Source of the DNA: Oopsacas minuta
Lineage: Eukaryota; Animalia; Porifera
NCBI GenBank assembly: GCA_024704765.1
Contig: JAKMXF010000354.1
Location: 233,690-297,689 of the forward strand
Direction of reading: 5' to 3'
DNA length: 64,000 bases
Under the pieces are notes generated by a model that saw only the letters and a program-made list of their open reading frames with translations, was not told where the DNA came from and made no database searches. Each line of letters begins with the position of its first letter. The first letter of the stretch is position 1. This document shows positions 26,380-38,600 of the stretch, one piece after another. A program made the position numbers and the translations under genes.

Positions 26380-27636
26380 TTATAAAATGCTACATTTCTT
26401 AGTTTCAGCTCTAACCTTCACTCGTGTCTTCTTAGTGTTAACCTCTTCTCTGTGTTTGAGCCATTCAATAAACACAATCCCTCCTACATAGCATTTGAGA
26501 CGACTCGGTATGGGCAATTGGTCTACTTTCTCATTTTCATACGGTCTAAGACAATCGTACACTTGTTGCTTAGCTAGCTGCCTGAGAGATAAATTGGAAC
26601 GGTTTTCCTCCAAAATAAGGAATTGTAATACTGGAGAAAATGAGGAGAAATTATGATGTTTAGGAGTCAGCTGATCAAGTTTTAAATTATAACGCTGATA
26701 TACAGAGAAGCAGCTCTCTTTAGCAACATCTAGAGGAGTCTGTCCGTACAAGTTCAAACAAGTGATTGGTACCTTGCACTAGATACAAATATTGTAAATA
26801 GAAATACGTATATCCGTTATCTCGAACTATCAAGGGAAAACACAACCTGTTTTATATAACAAATGTTGGAACTAACGGATGGCCCAATTTGAGTTAATTT
26901 AACCGAAGGTTGAAAGTGTTCGTCCCAAAATCAGTACAGTATTCATGAATAGGTTTCTCATCGAATACCAAATTCTGATATTTGGTTTGCTTACCGAATA
27001 AATCTCTGATAATTTTCGGGGGTAACATAAAGAATACGAATACTGATAATAATGAGTCAGTTGCTTTCTCGAAACCTAGATTATGATCGAGATTCCGAAT
27101 GTGCGAGATGCAGGGCATTAGATATACAGAATTCAATTGGAGAGGAAATAAAAATTCGTTCGAGAAAACGGGCATTCGAGATAACGGATATCAACCGTTA
27201 TTTTTAAGTAATAGGGTTTTTAGAGCTGCTACACATCATACCAAACTTGTAAGAAAGTTATTTCTATACAAATTCCTATACTACAGCAAATGTGTACCTC
27301 TAAAACCAAGTAAGCAGCTATATTTCTGCTGACTCTATGTCTTGCAATACAGTGTAACGGAGTTTCTTCTAATTTATCCAAAGCACAATGATCTGCTCCA
27401 TTAATAACTAACAATTTTACTATTTCCATGTAAACATCTGAAAGCGCACATTGATTATTACAACAAGCTTCATGGAGAGGAGTCCTTCCTTGCTCGTCTC
27501 TACAATTAACATCAACTCCAAGAGAGATATAATCCTGTACCCCACTTTTAGCGCCTTGAAATGCAAATGAATGTAACGGATAGGATACTCCTATACTGTG
27601 TTTGACGGGACATCTATTCTCGTCAAGAGCAAACAT
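26380..27636 (-). CDS. Ankyrin repeat and SOCS box protein with C-terminal CAAX; exons 27298-27636 and 26380-26778
   Basis: Ankyrin repeats (QGRTPLHEAC, EETPLHCIA, YGQTPLDVA); phase-0 intron 26779-27297 joins YLVLE|CKVPITCLNLYG; SOCS box SLRQLAKQQVY...VDQLPIPSRLKCYV; ends KKCSIL. Confidence 0.8.
26810..27200. mobile_element. MITE in ASB intron
   Basis: Perfect 17-bp inverted repeat ATATCCGTTATCTCGAA (26810-26826 / 27175-27191); right end continues CAACCGTTA, pogo-like. Confidence 0.65.
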
Positions 27637-27736
27637 TATTAAATATTCAGAACGTTTCCACTAAAACAAAGCAAAATTATAAATCAGTATTTCAAACAAT
27701 CCTATGAACACAGAAATAAATATTATTACGTACAAT

Positions 27737-28220
27737 GTACTGTTGTATGAGGATTCAACTATTTCTATTATAACAACCATGGATACTTCACAACTATGAG
27801 AATTTAACTACCTTCTATTTATGGCTTCATAACTGTATACTTCCTATTACACATCAATAAATATGTATATTTATTTTCTTGAATTATAATACTCTATGGG
27901 GGAAAAGCATACTGTGTTCATAAAACAGCTTGATTTAAAATATATTGAACATAAGAAATCAGTTTGTTGTATTGCCTTAAACACTCTTTGTGCTTATGGT
28001 TTTTGTTCAGATCCCGTAGCATTTATTCAGGGAAAGATCATATTTAAAATAGAAAACAGTTTGTGTTTGTTGATAATAAAAGAATAGTTTGTATAATTAT
28101 TGATCTGTAATAGGAAGTATACAATTATGAAGCCATAAATAGAAGGTAGTTAAACCCTCATGGTTGTGAAGTATCCATGGTTGTTATAATAGAAGTAGTT
28201 GAATCCTCATACAACAGTAC
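27737..28220. mobile_element. Foldback-type element with ~124-bp terminal inverted repeats
   Basis: 27737-27860 is the near-identical reverse complement of 28097-28220 (roughly 90-95% by eye); the ends can be read as TA|CTGTTG...CAACAG|TA. Confidence 0.85.
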
Positions 28221-28476
28221 TACTAATAACATTAGACTATACAGATTGAATTACTAAATACTAATAAACGGATGCCTATAATAATCACCTCCTCACTAAG
28301 GAGTGTAACCAACAATGATGTTAGTAGGAAATTGACATTACGGAATGACGTCAGAGGACTGCTACATACATATATTCTGTATGTAGATAATTCATGAGGC
28401 ATAATCGTCTCTCACCCATCAGTACTCAAGATGCATCTTGCTACTATAATAATATAGTATTTACGAATGATACAAA

Positions 28477-30387
28477 TTAAGGTTCTTTCGTCGATAAATC
28501 AGCTGTAGTGTCCGTTAAATCATGCTCTGATCTAAAGTTACTATCACTGTCTTCATATTCTAATTCTCCCTCATTCCTTGTGTCTTCTCCTAGATCCTCA
28601 CCTGACTCCTGACCTAGCTGGTTTTCAACGGGAGGATACTCTTCAGTCCCGTCCGTGAAGAATGAGAGAGGAACTGATGAATGCTCAGAAATGAAGTGTA
28701 TAGTGTCACTCCACTCGTCTGTCATCTTCTCAGTGGACAGATCTACTCTTCCCATTTCCTCAAGTAAGTTTATGAGACGCTCAGATGGCATATCCTCACA
28801 GAGTGCACGGATAAGTCTGCAGGCGTGCCTGAATGCATCCTCTTCTGTATAGAACACCAACCAGAAACGAACAAACACTATAGCATGTACATCTTGTAGG
28901 TCACAGTGAGATACTTGTGATAGTACTGGCACTAGATAAGTGGAAAATTCATGGAAGAACAATTCTGGTAATAACTCCAAGTTATGATGGTCTGCATACA
29001 CAGGAAGTAGCTTCAATAGAGCGAATAAGTCTCTCTTCTTAGTCACTTGTATAACTAGAAAGCAGAATAGGGAATTAGCGACAGGATCACATTCTAGGAG
29101 TCTGAGAGTACCAGCTGAGAAGGGGAATGCTTGAGGGGGACCTGTCTCAGATATCTGACCGAGTCTAAGCACAGGAACAATAGAACTGGAAGAGAAGGAG
29201 ATCTTCTCTTGAGTCATGAATAACATAAGATCTGGGATAAACTGAGACAGCATCCTATGATCTAGCGCAGGTTCTGGTGCTATCCTCTTATCTATAATAC
29301 TCAGAGCTTGTAGAGCTATATTTAGCAGATGTAGAGTGAGTAGAACTTCATTACTCTGTCTAGGTAACTTCCTCTTTATAGCTAGTTTAGAAGCATGCTC
29401 TAGAGTTATACGACATAACATATGTACTGTGTGAGGATCTCTAAGAGCCATAACAAGATCGAATAAAGTCTCATAAGAATCAGACATGTATTTCTTAACA
29501 GCTCTGAACTGTTGATGAATCTCTACTAGTCTAGCAGCACGCTGTCGAGGCTCTCCTTGAGCTTGATCCAGTAGAGATATGAAATGACTACAACTCTCTT
29601 GCTCCAGCAGTCGAACAGCTGATGGAGAATCTGTTCTCTGTAGTGACGTCACTAGGTCACATCTGAGTGTACAGAAGTGAGGTTTCCTTGTTTTACTGAA
29701 CAATATACGAATAAATACAGATAGTGTGTTGTATAGCTTGTAAGATCCTCCTACCAGCTCCAATAACTTGTGTACCTCTCTATTACTTCTGCGGATATCA
29801 AGTGGGAGAGTAAAGAACGTTTGTCCAACGGATCCACCTACCATCCCGAGGCTGGAGTTGAGGATCCGCTCTTTAGCTTCAATGTACTCATCCAAGAGAG
29901 GAGATACAGAGTCAGAAAATAGACTCTTGTGCTCCTCTAGCTCCCACACGAGTTGCTTGAGGGGGAGGGGACACTTCTCTAGGAAGTCTGGCTCTGAGGC
30001 TAGAATCCGAAGATACACCTCATCCACTGACTCCATGTGCAGCATCAGATCGAACAGACAGCTGCTGAGCTCTGGCATTGGCATCCTGATAAGCTCCTCC
30101 AGTTTCAGCCTCTGCATAACTTCTTGTAAGAGCACTGGGTCTGCTGACGTAACCTCTTTTCGCATACACACACAGAGCTGACGAATTAGACTCTGATTGT
30201 AGGAGGCCCGACGGATGCCCAAGAGGTCCAGGAGCTCTAGGGGTATCAGAGGGAGAGGGGAGGGAGAGTTGGGCGTGGGGCAGGGGGGCGAGGTCAGATG
30301 AGAGACAGATTTTTGAAATCTACCTATACATTCAGGATATCCAGTCTGGAATTCAGCAAAGTCTGGGAAAGGAGGAATGTCTTCCAT
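28477..30387 (-). CDS. NELFB: Negative elongation factor B (COBRA1), intronless
   Basis: LPLIPLELLDLLG, LKQLVWE...LFSDSVSPLLDEYI, FFTLP...RRSN, KLYNTLSVFIRILFSKTRKPHFCTLRCDL and LVMALRDP match NELF-B. Confidence 0.9.
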   Translation of the reverse strand: MEDIPPFPDFAEFQTGYPECIGRFQKSVSHLTSPPCPTPNSPSPLPLIPLELLDLLGIRRASYNQSLIRQLCVCMRKEVTSADPVLLQEVMQRLKLEELIRMPMPELSSCLFDLMLHMESVDEVYLRILASEPDFLEKCPLPLKQLVWELEEHKSLFSDSVSPLLDEYIEAKERILNSSLGMVGGSVGQTFFTLPLDIRRSNREVHKLLELVGGSYKLYNTLSVFIRILFSKTRKPHFCTLRCDLVTSLQRTDSPSAVRLLEQESCSHFISLLDQAQGEPRQRAARLVEIHQQFRAVKKYMSDSYETLFDLVMALRDPHTVHMLCRITLEHASKLAIKRKLPRQSNEVLLTLHLLNIALQALSIIDKRIAPEPALDHRMLSQFIPDLMLFMTQEKISFSSSSIVPVLRLGQISETGPPQAFPFSAGTLRLLECDPVANSLFCFLVIQVTKKRDLFALLKLLPVYADHHNLELLPELFFHEFSTYLVPVLSQVSHCDLQDVHAIVFVRFWLVFYTEEDAFRHACRLIRALCEDMPSERLINLLEEMGRVDLSTEKMTDEWSDTIHFISEHSSVPLSFFTDGTEEYPPVENQLGQESGEDLGEDTRNEGELEYEDSDSNFRSEHDLTDTTADLSTKEP

Positions 30388-31177
30388 CTGGTCCCTGCTG
30401 AAATGTTCAATAAAGTACTATACCTAACTGAGGTAGGGTAGTCATCTGTGGAAAATGAAATGGGATATTTTCTCGAATTATTAACTAATCAATCTTCTAT
30501 TTGTAGTATTAGTGAATTTTCCTATCTACTTGTACTGTAGCTGAGAGATTTTTCCAGATTTTGTGTAAATCCCAATTATGGATGACACAATTGTAATTAT
30601 GAACTCGAGTCAAAATACATTATCTAGTGACCGGATATCTGAGTGAATTTAGTACAGCAAGCCCGAAGGGACCAAACGGACCAGTGGTGTGGGCGTCAGA
30701 GGTAATCCTGTTCTCTGAACATTATTCAATAGTGAATGATGTTTAGGGAAACATCATTCGCAAGGAAACCCTATTTCTCCGAGTGTTTCCTCTTGTACAC
30801 TTAGCACCACGAACGTGGATCAAGGAAACTTCCAGCCACCTCACAGGGCCAAGATTCAATGAAAATCCACACAGGCTATCAAATAGTGAGTTAGAAATGC
30901 TCATATTCTCGGCTAAATGCTATCTCTAGCTAGATAATCCAATCAAAATCACGAAAATAGTGAGTTCAAAACACACTTAGCAACACATACGCGGGTCAAA
31001 GAAAGGGGAACAGGATTACTTATGACACTGGCACTATATAGTGACCTACTTGGCCTTGGAAACCCTTGCAAAGCCTGTTAGGCAGACAGTCAGGTAAGGA
31101 ATAAAATATATTTTGAAAGATAGATTACTGTAATAAATTGACAATAGGTAATGTCAAAAAATCGAGGTATTAAAAAG

Positions 31178-31221
31178 TACAGTAGACATGTCCATTAGGT
31201 ACAGTGGACATGTCCATTAGG
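31178..31221 (+). repeat. 22-bp tandem duplication
   Basis: TACAGTAGACATGTCCATTAGG / TACAGTGGACATGTCCATTAGG. Confidence 0.85.
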
Positions 31222-31320
31222 TAAACTGCATGTAGGTATTCAAGACTAGTGTCATTGGACATAGGAGATTCCCTCCCTCCCGAGGTATTAACAGTCGAGT
31301 GTGCATACTCACAGAGTCTA

Positions 31321-31539
31321 CGTCACGATCGTAACGAATCGAAGAAATAATGCCAAATTCCCTTCACTTATAGTGAGAATAAATGCACTAATTCAACAGT
31401 AACTCTTCTCCTATAGCTAATGGCTTCCAACAGCACACTCCAAGAGGCCAAGATCAGATCCCAACTTGCTCGTCACAATCGTAACGAATCCGAGAAAGAA
31501 TGCCAATTTGTCTTCACTTATAGTGAGTATAAATTCACT
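31321..31539 (+). repeat. Two 69-bp direct repeats with 150-bp period
   Basis: 31321-31389 vs 31471-31539: 60/69 identical, no indels. Confidence 0.85.
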
Positions 31540-31744
31540 GACGAACAATATTGTTTTAGACTTAATTATTGATTTACACACACGTATTTACTAATCACAT
31601 AACTAATCGATCAATTTGTTGTAAAACCCCTCGCGTACCTCAGGCTGGGAACCCTGCTCGAATTAATTCTCAACCAAAGCTTTTATTTACAATCTATAGT
31701 AATATGTGTGCTATTCTAATTCTCTGGTAAATTAGTCAACAAAG

Positions 31745-33264
31745 TTATAAAAATGGCAATAATTCCACTATAATTTGAATAGTTATGCTGTCCTCTCGAA
31801 AATATTTCTCTCCTAATATTTCAGTGTTTGAAATGAATGAACGATGTCCAAAACCTTGATCATATGCCAGATCAATAGGTCTCTTGAAGCTATTTGAATA
31901 TTTCACTAAGTCTTCCTTAGTTATTTGATAAATCCATTAATAATTATCATTACTGTTAATATGATTGAGTAGAATAAACGTAGATTTGTATCTGATAGGC
32001 CAGGGTAGTATATCATCATAAACTCCCTTCATAATACAAAGGAAAACACCTACTCTACCTGTATTATCACAATTCCAATTCAATATTCATCTGACACTTG
32101 TATAAACCTACATAGAATGGATCACTGTAAGTATCTTTTTCGTTTTGTATCTTCAGTATAACACCTTCAATATTCAATTCCAATTGTCCTATGGAAAGTT
32201 GTGTTGAAAGTACTTCTGTTAAGTCTTCAAATCTTGGATCCTTGCAAATAATCTGATTTTCTTTGAGAGAAACTTCAGTAAGTTGAGAATAAGCTGTATC
32301 AAGTTCAATAGATGTTTCCATTTGTTTCTGTTTGAATTTTGACAGCTCTTCGGTCTTAGATTCATTTTCATTTTCTAAGAATGCTATCCTCTTAGTTGCC
32401 TTATCCAGTTTATCTTGCAGTTGTTCATATATTTCATCTTGTTTCTGTTTCATCTTAATCATGGATAATTTAAGGTGAACGTGACTGAAATCTCTCTCAT
32501 GAACATCTAGCGCTCTTCTATCTTCTTTGTACATCCATGGTTCCAATAAGGACACTGTAATTTCTGTAGAGGGCACTCATCAGTTAGATGGACAGGAACA
32601 TCTTTCCTCTTCACTTGTTTCGTCCCTTCCTTTCCTTCTGTCACACATTCATTCGGACAAGGAATTGGAAAGTGCTTACAATTCCTCAAATGAGAATTCA
32701 TCTCACAGGCCTTCACTTTTTCCAAACAGAATTCACATACCAGTTGCCTGAAGGGACACGAGTCTCTCTGATGTTGAGGGATGAGTCTCCTCTCCAGTTT
32801 AAGAACTTTCCCTTTCATGTCTCCTTCTAGAGAGACACACCTCAGAGGACACAATACAGGAAAGAACTCACAATCTTTCAAGTGTTGTAGTGCTGTACTC
32901 ACTGTGTTACTCCATTCACACCCTCTCTTCTTCAGGGGACAACTAATCTACAAAAATAAATCATTGTAATAAACACAAATAAACAGTTTAACCAACAACA
33001 ATAAACCACCTTTTTATCGTTAACAATTACACGATTCTGCTTTGCTGGTTGCCATATTACACCTTCATTAGGAATGCAGACCCTACATCTCAATTCTCCC
33101 TGAAAAAGACAAGCTTCTCTCAATAATCCATCACAGATGTTACACCGCAATAATTCCTCTTCCACTTTGCCAGATAAGTTTTCTACTAACAAATCAACCC
33201 TCCAGCCTCTGTAGTCACCCTCCTGAGTCTTTACGTAGACCAAGTCCTCTAAATTCTCTGCCAT
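31745..33264 (-). pseudogene. TRAF-family gene (degenerate RING, TRAF zinc fingers, coiled coil, MATH), disrupted
   Basis: 62-bp intron 32948-33009; zinc fingers (CPLKKRGCEW, CEFC, CPNEC, CPYWNHGC); frameshift near 32515 (IE..RALD); frameshift near 32077; in-frame TAA at 31937-31939 inside MATH (FLCIMKGVYDDILPWP...GFGHRSFIS); end TAA at 31745. Confidence 0.85.
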
Positions 33265-34195
33265 TCTACAATGTATAAACGTCATGGTGATTATTTTAAA
33301 TAATATTTACGAGATATGTCATATACGGTGGAACCCGAGGATTGATTTACAGTACAACGGCTTCCGTACATGGCAGGAGTAAGGTAGTTCTGGACCCTAG
33401 TGAGGCCTATTCATAACATTATTCTTAAATATTCGAAAATATTTAAATCGTTGGCTTTGTTTGTGGACTATAATAATAGCATTGTATTTATTATTGTATA
33501 GTGCAGTATTCCCCAAAGGCGGGTTAAGCGTGTCACCTAACGCGGTTAACCTGCTAAATGACGCGCTTAGGATATCTAGCTGCGTCAAAATGTGTATCTG
33601 TAGGGCTTGATACATGATTGAGTGCAGCCTCTATCGCATGCTGCGCTCAATCCCACTTATGACCGCTCTACAAAAATCCTGTGGGAAACACTGTCCTGTT
33701 GTATACAATAATCAGTTCACTGATATGCAGAGCATTCTATGGTTCTAGTTATAATTATATAAATAAATAACTTAGCCTATGGCTTCCCATAGAGATAGTA
33801 TTTATACATTGCCTTCTATAAGGCCTGTTATAAGAATATGTATTAAAAAGTACACAAAGCATGCTTCTTAAATACACTTATGCAAATTATCTTAATTAAA
33901 TAGTGGCTATAGGGAGGGTATAACTGTCAATGTCGAATTCACAGTTATAATAATTACAAGTACAACATAGTGAACGTGAGCGCATTTGAGAATAATCGTT
34001 AAGCAGACAAGGATAATATTTATCATTAACATACAAATAATAATATACCGCATTAGTACCATCCATTCCCATATTAATCCGGTTCTGCTTTCCTATTTCG
34101 CAGAACGGAACGGACATGTGTGATTTGTCACAGTGAATACTGTTTGAACCCTGAACATTCTTCACTAAGGGAATATGCTTCAATAGTGTATTAAT

Positions 34196-34285
34196 TGTCA
34201 CTGGAAATTTTGGTCCCCCGGACCATTTTCCCATTGCATTTTGGTCTGGAGGACCAATTTTCCTGGGGACCAAATTTTCGTGGCA
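34196..34285. mobile_element. ~90-bp palindromic miniature element
   Basis: GAAATTTTGGTCCCC (34204-34218) vs GGGGACCAAATTTTC (34265-34279), outer TGTCAC/GTGGCA, internal GGTC/GGACC repeats. Confidence 0.55.
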
Positions 34286-34395
34286 GCATTATGTTAGGGG
34301 AACACAAATCCCTAGTGGATAATTTCCCCGAATATAATTCTCTAGAGAATATGGTTCCTCAAAGTTTGAGCTATTAAATATGTGACTATAGCGTA

Positions 34396-35317
34396 ATGAT
34401 AGTAGATCTCAGTAACCCAGTAGAATATAAGGCAGAGGAGAAGAGACAGAGAGACGCCGTGTTGAAGATTGAGAACTGGTGGATCAGAAGAAGAAACAAA
34501 AAGATATTTTTACTCTTGAAGGAAGGAATATGTGCAGCAGAGCGTACCCTCTCCTACCAGGTGCTCAGGAAGATATCTCCGACTGAAGCAGACCTACTCA
34601 ATGACCCAGCACTTGCTACCAGAGTTAGATTTAGATTCGGTGGAGACGACTATCCACCACGTATTCTATTTAAAATATTCACTAACATTAAGTCCTGTGG
34701 TAACAGCATACACTACTTGTCTGGGAAGAAGTATATAAAGCCAGGGAGTCAGGCAGCAATAGACGCGGGAAAACAGATGGGGAACAGACGGCTGATGGAA
34801 CAGCTGATAGTTGATACTTGTCAACAGCAGGGTGGGAGAGTCACTAACGATAGTGACGTGACTAATTTAAAGGAGCTGGTTCAATACCGTGCCTGTTTAG
34901 ATGAGACACCTGCATATCTTGGAGGGAAGGATAACACCTGGAGAGAACTGGATCTTAAAATACTACCCAGACATCATGTAATGCATGACGTATCTCTCTA
35001 CGTCACACGTGGTGTTGTTACTGCTAACCTCAAATATTCGTTCCCTAAATACTGGCCACATTCTCCTTGTCAGAAGGTTAAGCAAATCCGATCTCTTATG
35101 AACATACGATACAAAGAACAAATTATATCTACAGAGAAATCTCGAGCACGTAGTTCTAGGAGATCAGCTGTACAGAGAGCTAAGATGATGCGTGAGTTGT
35201 ATCTTGACGGGGAGAGGAAACAAATCACTACTCCAGAGGAGGGATACTCCGAGAGGAATCAGCTGACTACATCTCCAGACTCAGAGATTGATATAATGCA
35301 AGATCCAGAGGGTTGGA

Positions 35318-35352
<35 letters not shown>

Positions 35353-35409
35353 GCTTTATCACTCTATGAATGGACACAAACTCTACCTGTAGATGTTGCT
35401 GATCTGTGA
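34396..35409 (+). CDS. CXorf58: CXorf58-like conserved uncharacterised protein
   Basis: IFLLLKEGICAAE, VLRKISPTEADLLNDP, VRFRFGGDDYPPRILFKIF, LDETPAYLGGKDNTWREL; poly-Asp tail. Confidence 0.8.
35320..35349 (+). repeat. (GAT)10 coding repeat (poly-Asp)
   Basis: Ten GAT codons in the CXorf58-like ORF. Confidence 0.9.
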
Positions 35410-35622
35410 GTTGTTGTTTTTTATGAAACACTGGAACAAATGTAAACAATCTTGTTATTCATAAACATCTCATTAAGATGTTCACATATTATAAATCTTT
35501 AAAACCTGCATGAGTATATAAATAGCATAATATCTTCACTTTCAGTTGATAATATGAATACAATTGTTATATTTGCTATTCCAACCAGAACCAGTACATA
35601 TATGGTAGATGAATATAGTTAG

Positions 35623-38600
35623 ATGGAAGGATACATTACAACACGTCACAAAAGAAAGACTTTACCTATATCTACCCTGATCTCTGAGATAGAAGACCAT
35701 TTGGATATTGAACCTGAACATTTCACATCTTTCTACACAGACTCTCTACTCAGCTCGAAACTAACACAACCTCGCCCCTCTCCTTCTCACTACTCAACAT
35801 TCCAAGATATCGCTGAGATTACTAGGAACTGTACAGACGTGTTATCCCAGCTAAGATTGACAGAGTTATATTCTGAATATAAGAATGTAATTGACACACA
35901 AAATGAGTTAAAGATTGAACCAAACTTAGATGAATGTCCCTACCTACACCAATGTAAGCATAGCTTATCTGATAGACAGCTGACTAAACTTCTGAAGAAG
36001 ATTAATATACAAGTCAGGAATGAGACGAGCTTGACATTTGACAGATTGCTATCAGAGGCTAAACAGAAACAAACCTCTAAGACAGATCCTCCAAACATTG
36101 ACTTCCTTCTTGCGAAGTACTCTACTACATCTCTACAGCTGTTTAATCCTACTACTAATGATTGTACAGATACATTAACTGATCAGCTGCAATTAGAAGG
36201 AACAGGAACAGCTGATACAGAGCCTGATCATAACAAGGCTTATGCAAATTGTGTTAAGAGAGTACCTAGAGTAGCTAAACAGTTAATGACGTCACGATAT
36301 ATTATATTAAATAACTGTAGAAAGGTACATTGAGATTCTATAACACATTTATATTGTGTTATAGTTAGTGTTGATTGAATATGTTGTGTAGGTAGCTTCT
36401 CTTTGTGCTAAAGAGGCACGTAGACAAGCTCAACGATCTCTCAAACTGTCACGTGATTCTATCGCTCGTGCAAGACGTCTTATGCGAGAAGCTAACATCT
36501 GCTGGAGACGGTATGAGCGAGTAGAGAGAGAAGCTAGGAGGAAAGCAGACAGAGAAGCTCTAGAACAACGGAAAATGGAGGAGGAGAGGAAGGAGGCTAA
36601 GAGACAGCAAAGGAAGCTTAACTTCTTAATTACGCAAACTGAATTATACGCTCATTTCGTGTCTGGTAAGAAAGCAGCTAGAATTAAGTCAGAGAGTGGA
36701 GTAGATACTGAAGAGCATACTCATACTGAAAGGTATGTATCTTAGATTCCGAATTATATACATCTACATAAAATAGACCTCAGTATACCGAAATCATATT
36801 CATTATAAGTTAATAACCTATACGTATAATTTAAGAGATTCTGACCGTAATAAGAAATATTCGGATAATCTTCATTAATCGGCCTAAAGTTTCCTTCGAC
36901 TAATACGTACAAGTATGCCATTTATGCTCTGTTCATTGATATGTGAGTTTGAGTAAAGATTGCTAAATTATATTCCATAACATCCTAATGTATAGTGATA
37001 GTATATTACGTCAACTCGATGAGGCTCCAGAAAGCAATGCGGATCCTCTTGACTCGTACAGCTCTGAGACAGCTAAGAAACAAGCTCTAGATGTAGTGAG
37101 GGAAGCAATCGAGAGAGACAAGGAGAGAGAGGAGCTGTGTACAGCTGCTCTACAAGATACTCCTATTTTGGAGAATACTGAAACAGCTGAGCAACCAGAA
37201 ATGTTTCAAGGGGAACTCAAATCTTATCAATTAAAAGGGATGAGATGGCTAGCTGGCTTATATAGTCAGGGTATTAATGGTATATTGGCTGATGAGATGG
37301 GATTAGGAAAAACTATACAAACCCTAGCATTACTGGCTCATCTAGCCGAGAAGGAAAATATTTGGGGTCCTTTCTTAGTGGTGTCTCCAGCTGGAACTCT
37401 ATACAATTGGCAGCAAGAATGTGAGAGGTGAGAAAGGTCAAAGGTAATTCTACTGTTTGTACATGACTAGAATGAACTCAGTAATGTGTTCTAGGTTTGT
37501 ACCAAAGTTCAAAGTACTCCCTTACTGGGGCAATGCTCAAGACAGACGTACAACTCGTCAGTACATGAGCAAGAAACATCTGTTATCATGCTCTGACTCT
37601 CCTTTTCACATCCTCATAACCTCTTACCAGTTAGCAGTCAAGGACTGTGGATATCTTCACAGGATTACTTGGCAGTATATGGTACTTGATGAAGCTCAGG
37701 CTATAAAGAGTTCAGCTTCTCAGAGATGGCAGGTAATATTTAGCACTTATTATGGTATCTACGTAACTCTTAATTTCTATGTACATAGTATATTAATTTC
37801 ATATTGTCATGCAATTATCTTTAGTCTGGATTATCACTAGCCACGGCCACTGATTTATCTAATCTATTTACTTAGGTACTTCTCGGGTTTAAATGTAGGA
37901 ACAGATTACTGCTAACAGGTACTCCAATACAGAACTCTATGGCAGAGCTATGGGCTCTCTTACACTTCATTATGCCGAGTATATTTGACTCTCATGACGA
38001 GTTCAAAGAATGGTTCTCTAAAGACATTGAGTCACATGCTGAAGGAAAATCAGCTGCTCTGGATAAAGATCAGCTGTCTAGGCTACATCTCATACTAAAA
38101 CCATTCATGCTCAGACGAGTTAAGAAAGATGTGGAGCATGAAATGGCAGAGAAAATTGAGGTACAATTATAATTTTGATTACATAAATTGTGAAATTACA
38201 CTAGACTCAGCTTAATAAGGTTACATCGAGACCAGGTCATTTTGACTCGATGAAGCGAAATAAAGGTGTTGGCCTGTTTAACCAGAGCATTTTAACGCTA
38301 TTTGTATGGTTCTGTTCTGGCTAAGTGACCTGATTAACCGGTGGCTCTATTAAGCAGAGTCTACTGTATTAAATTATTTCTACAATATTAACTGCAATAT
38401 ATTTACAGGTAAATCTAGAATGTGAGTTAACATTAAGACAAAGAATTCTGTATCAAGGTCTGAAGAACAAACTCTCTCTAGATGAAATATTCCAACACAG
38501 TAATCTCTCCAGAGGTTCTACATCTACCTGTCTACTTAATATTGTCATGCAATTCAGAAAGGTTTGTAATCATCCAGAACTGTTTGACAGACGTGACGTG

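Noticed and set aside
31321-31539. Repeat-spacer-repeat considered as a CRISPR array (also the 130-bp arrays)
   Set aside because: Eukaryotic context, repeats too long and too few, no cas genes.
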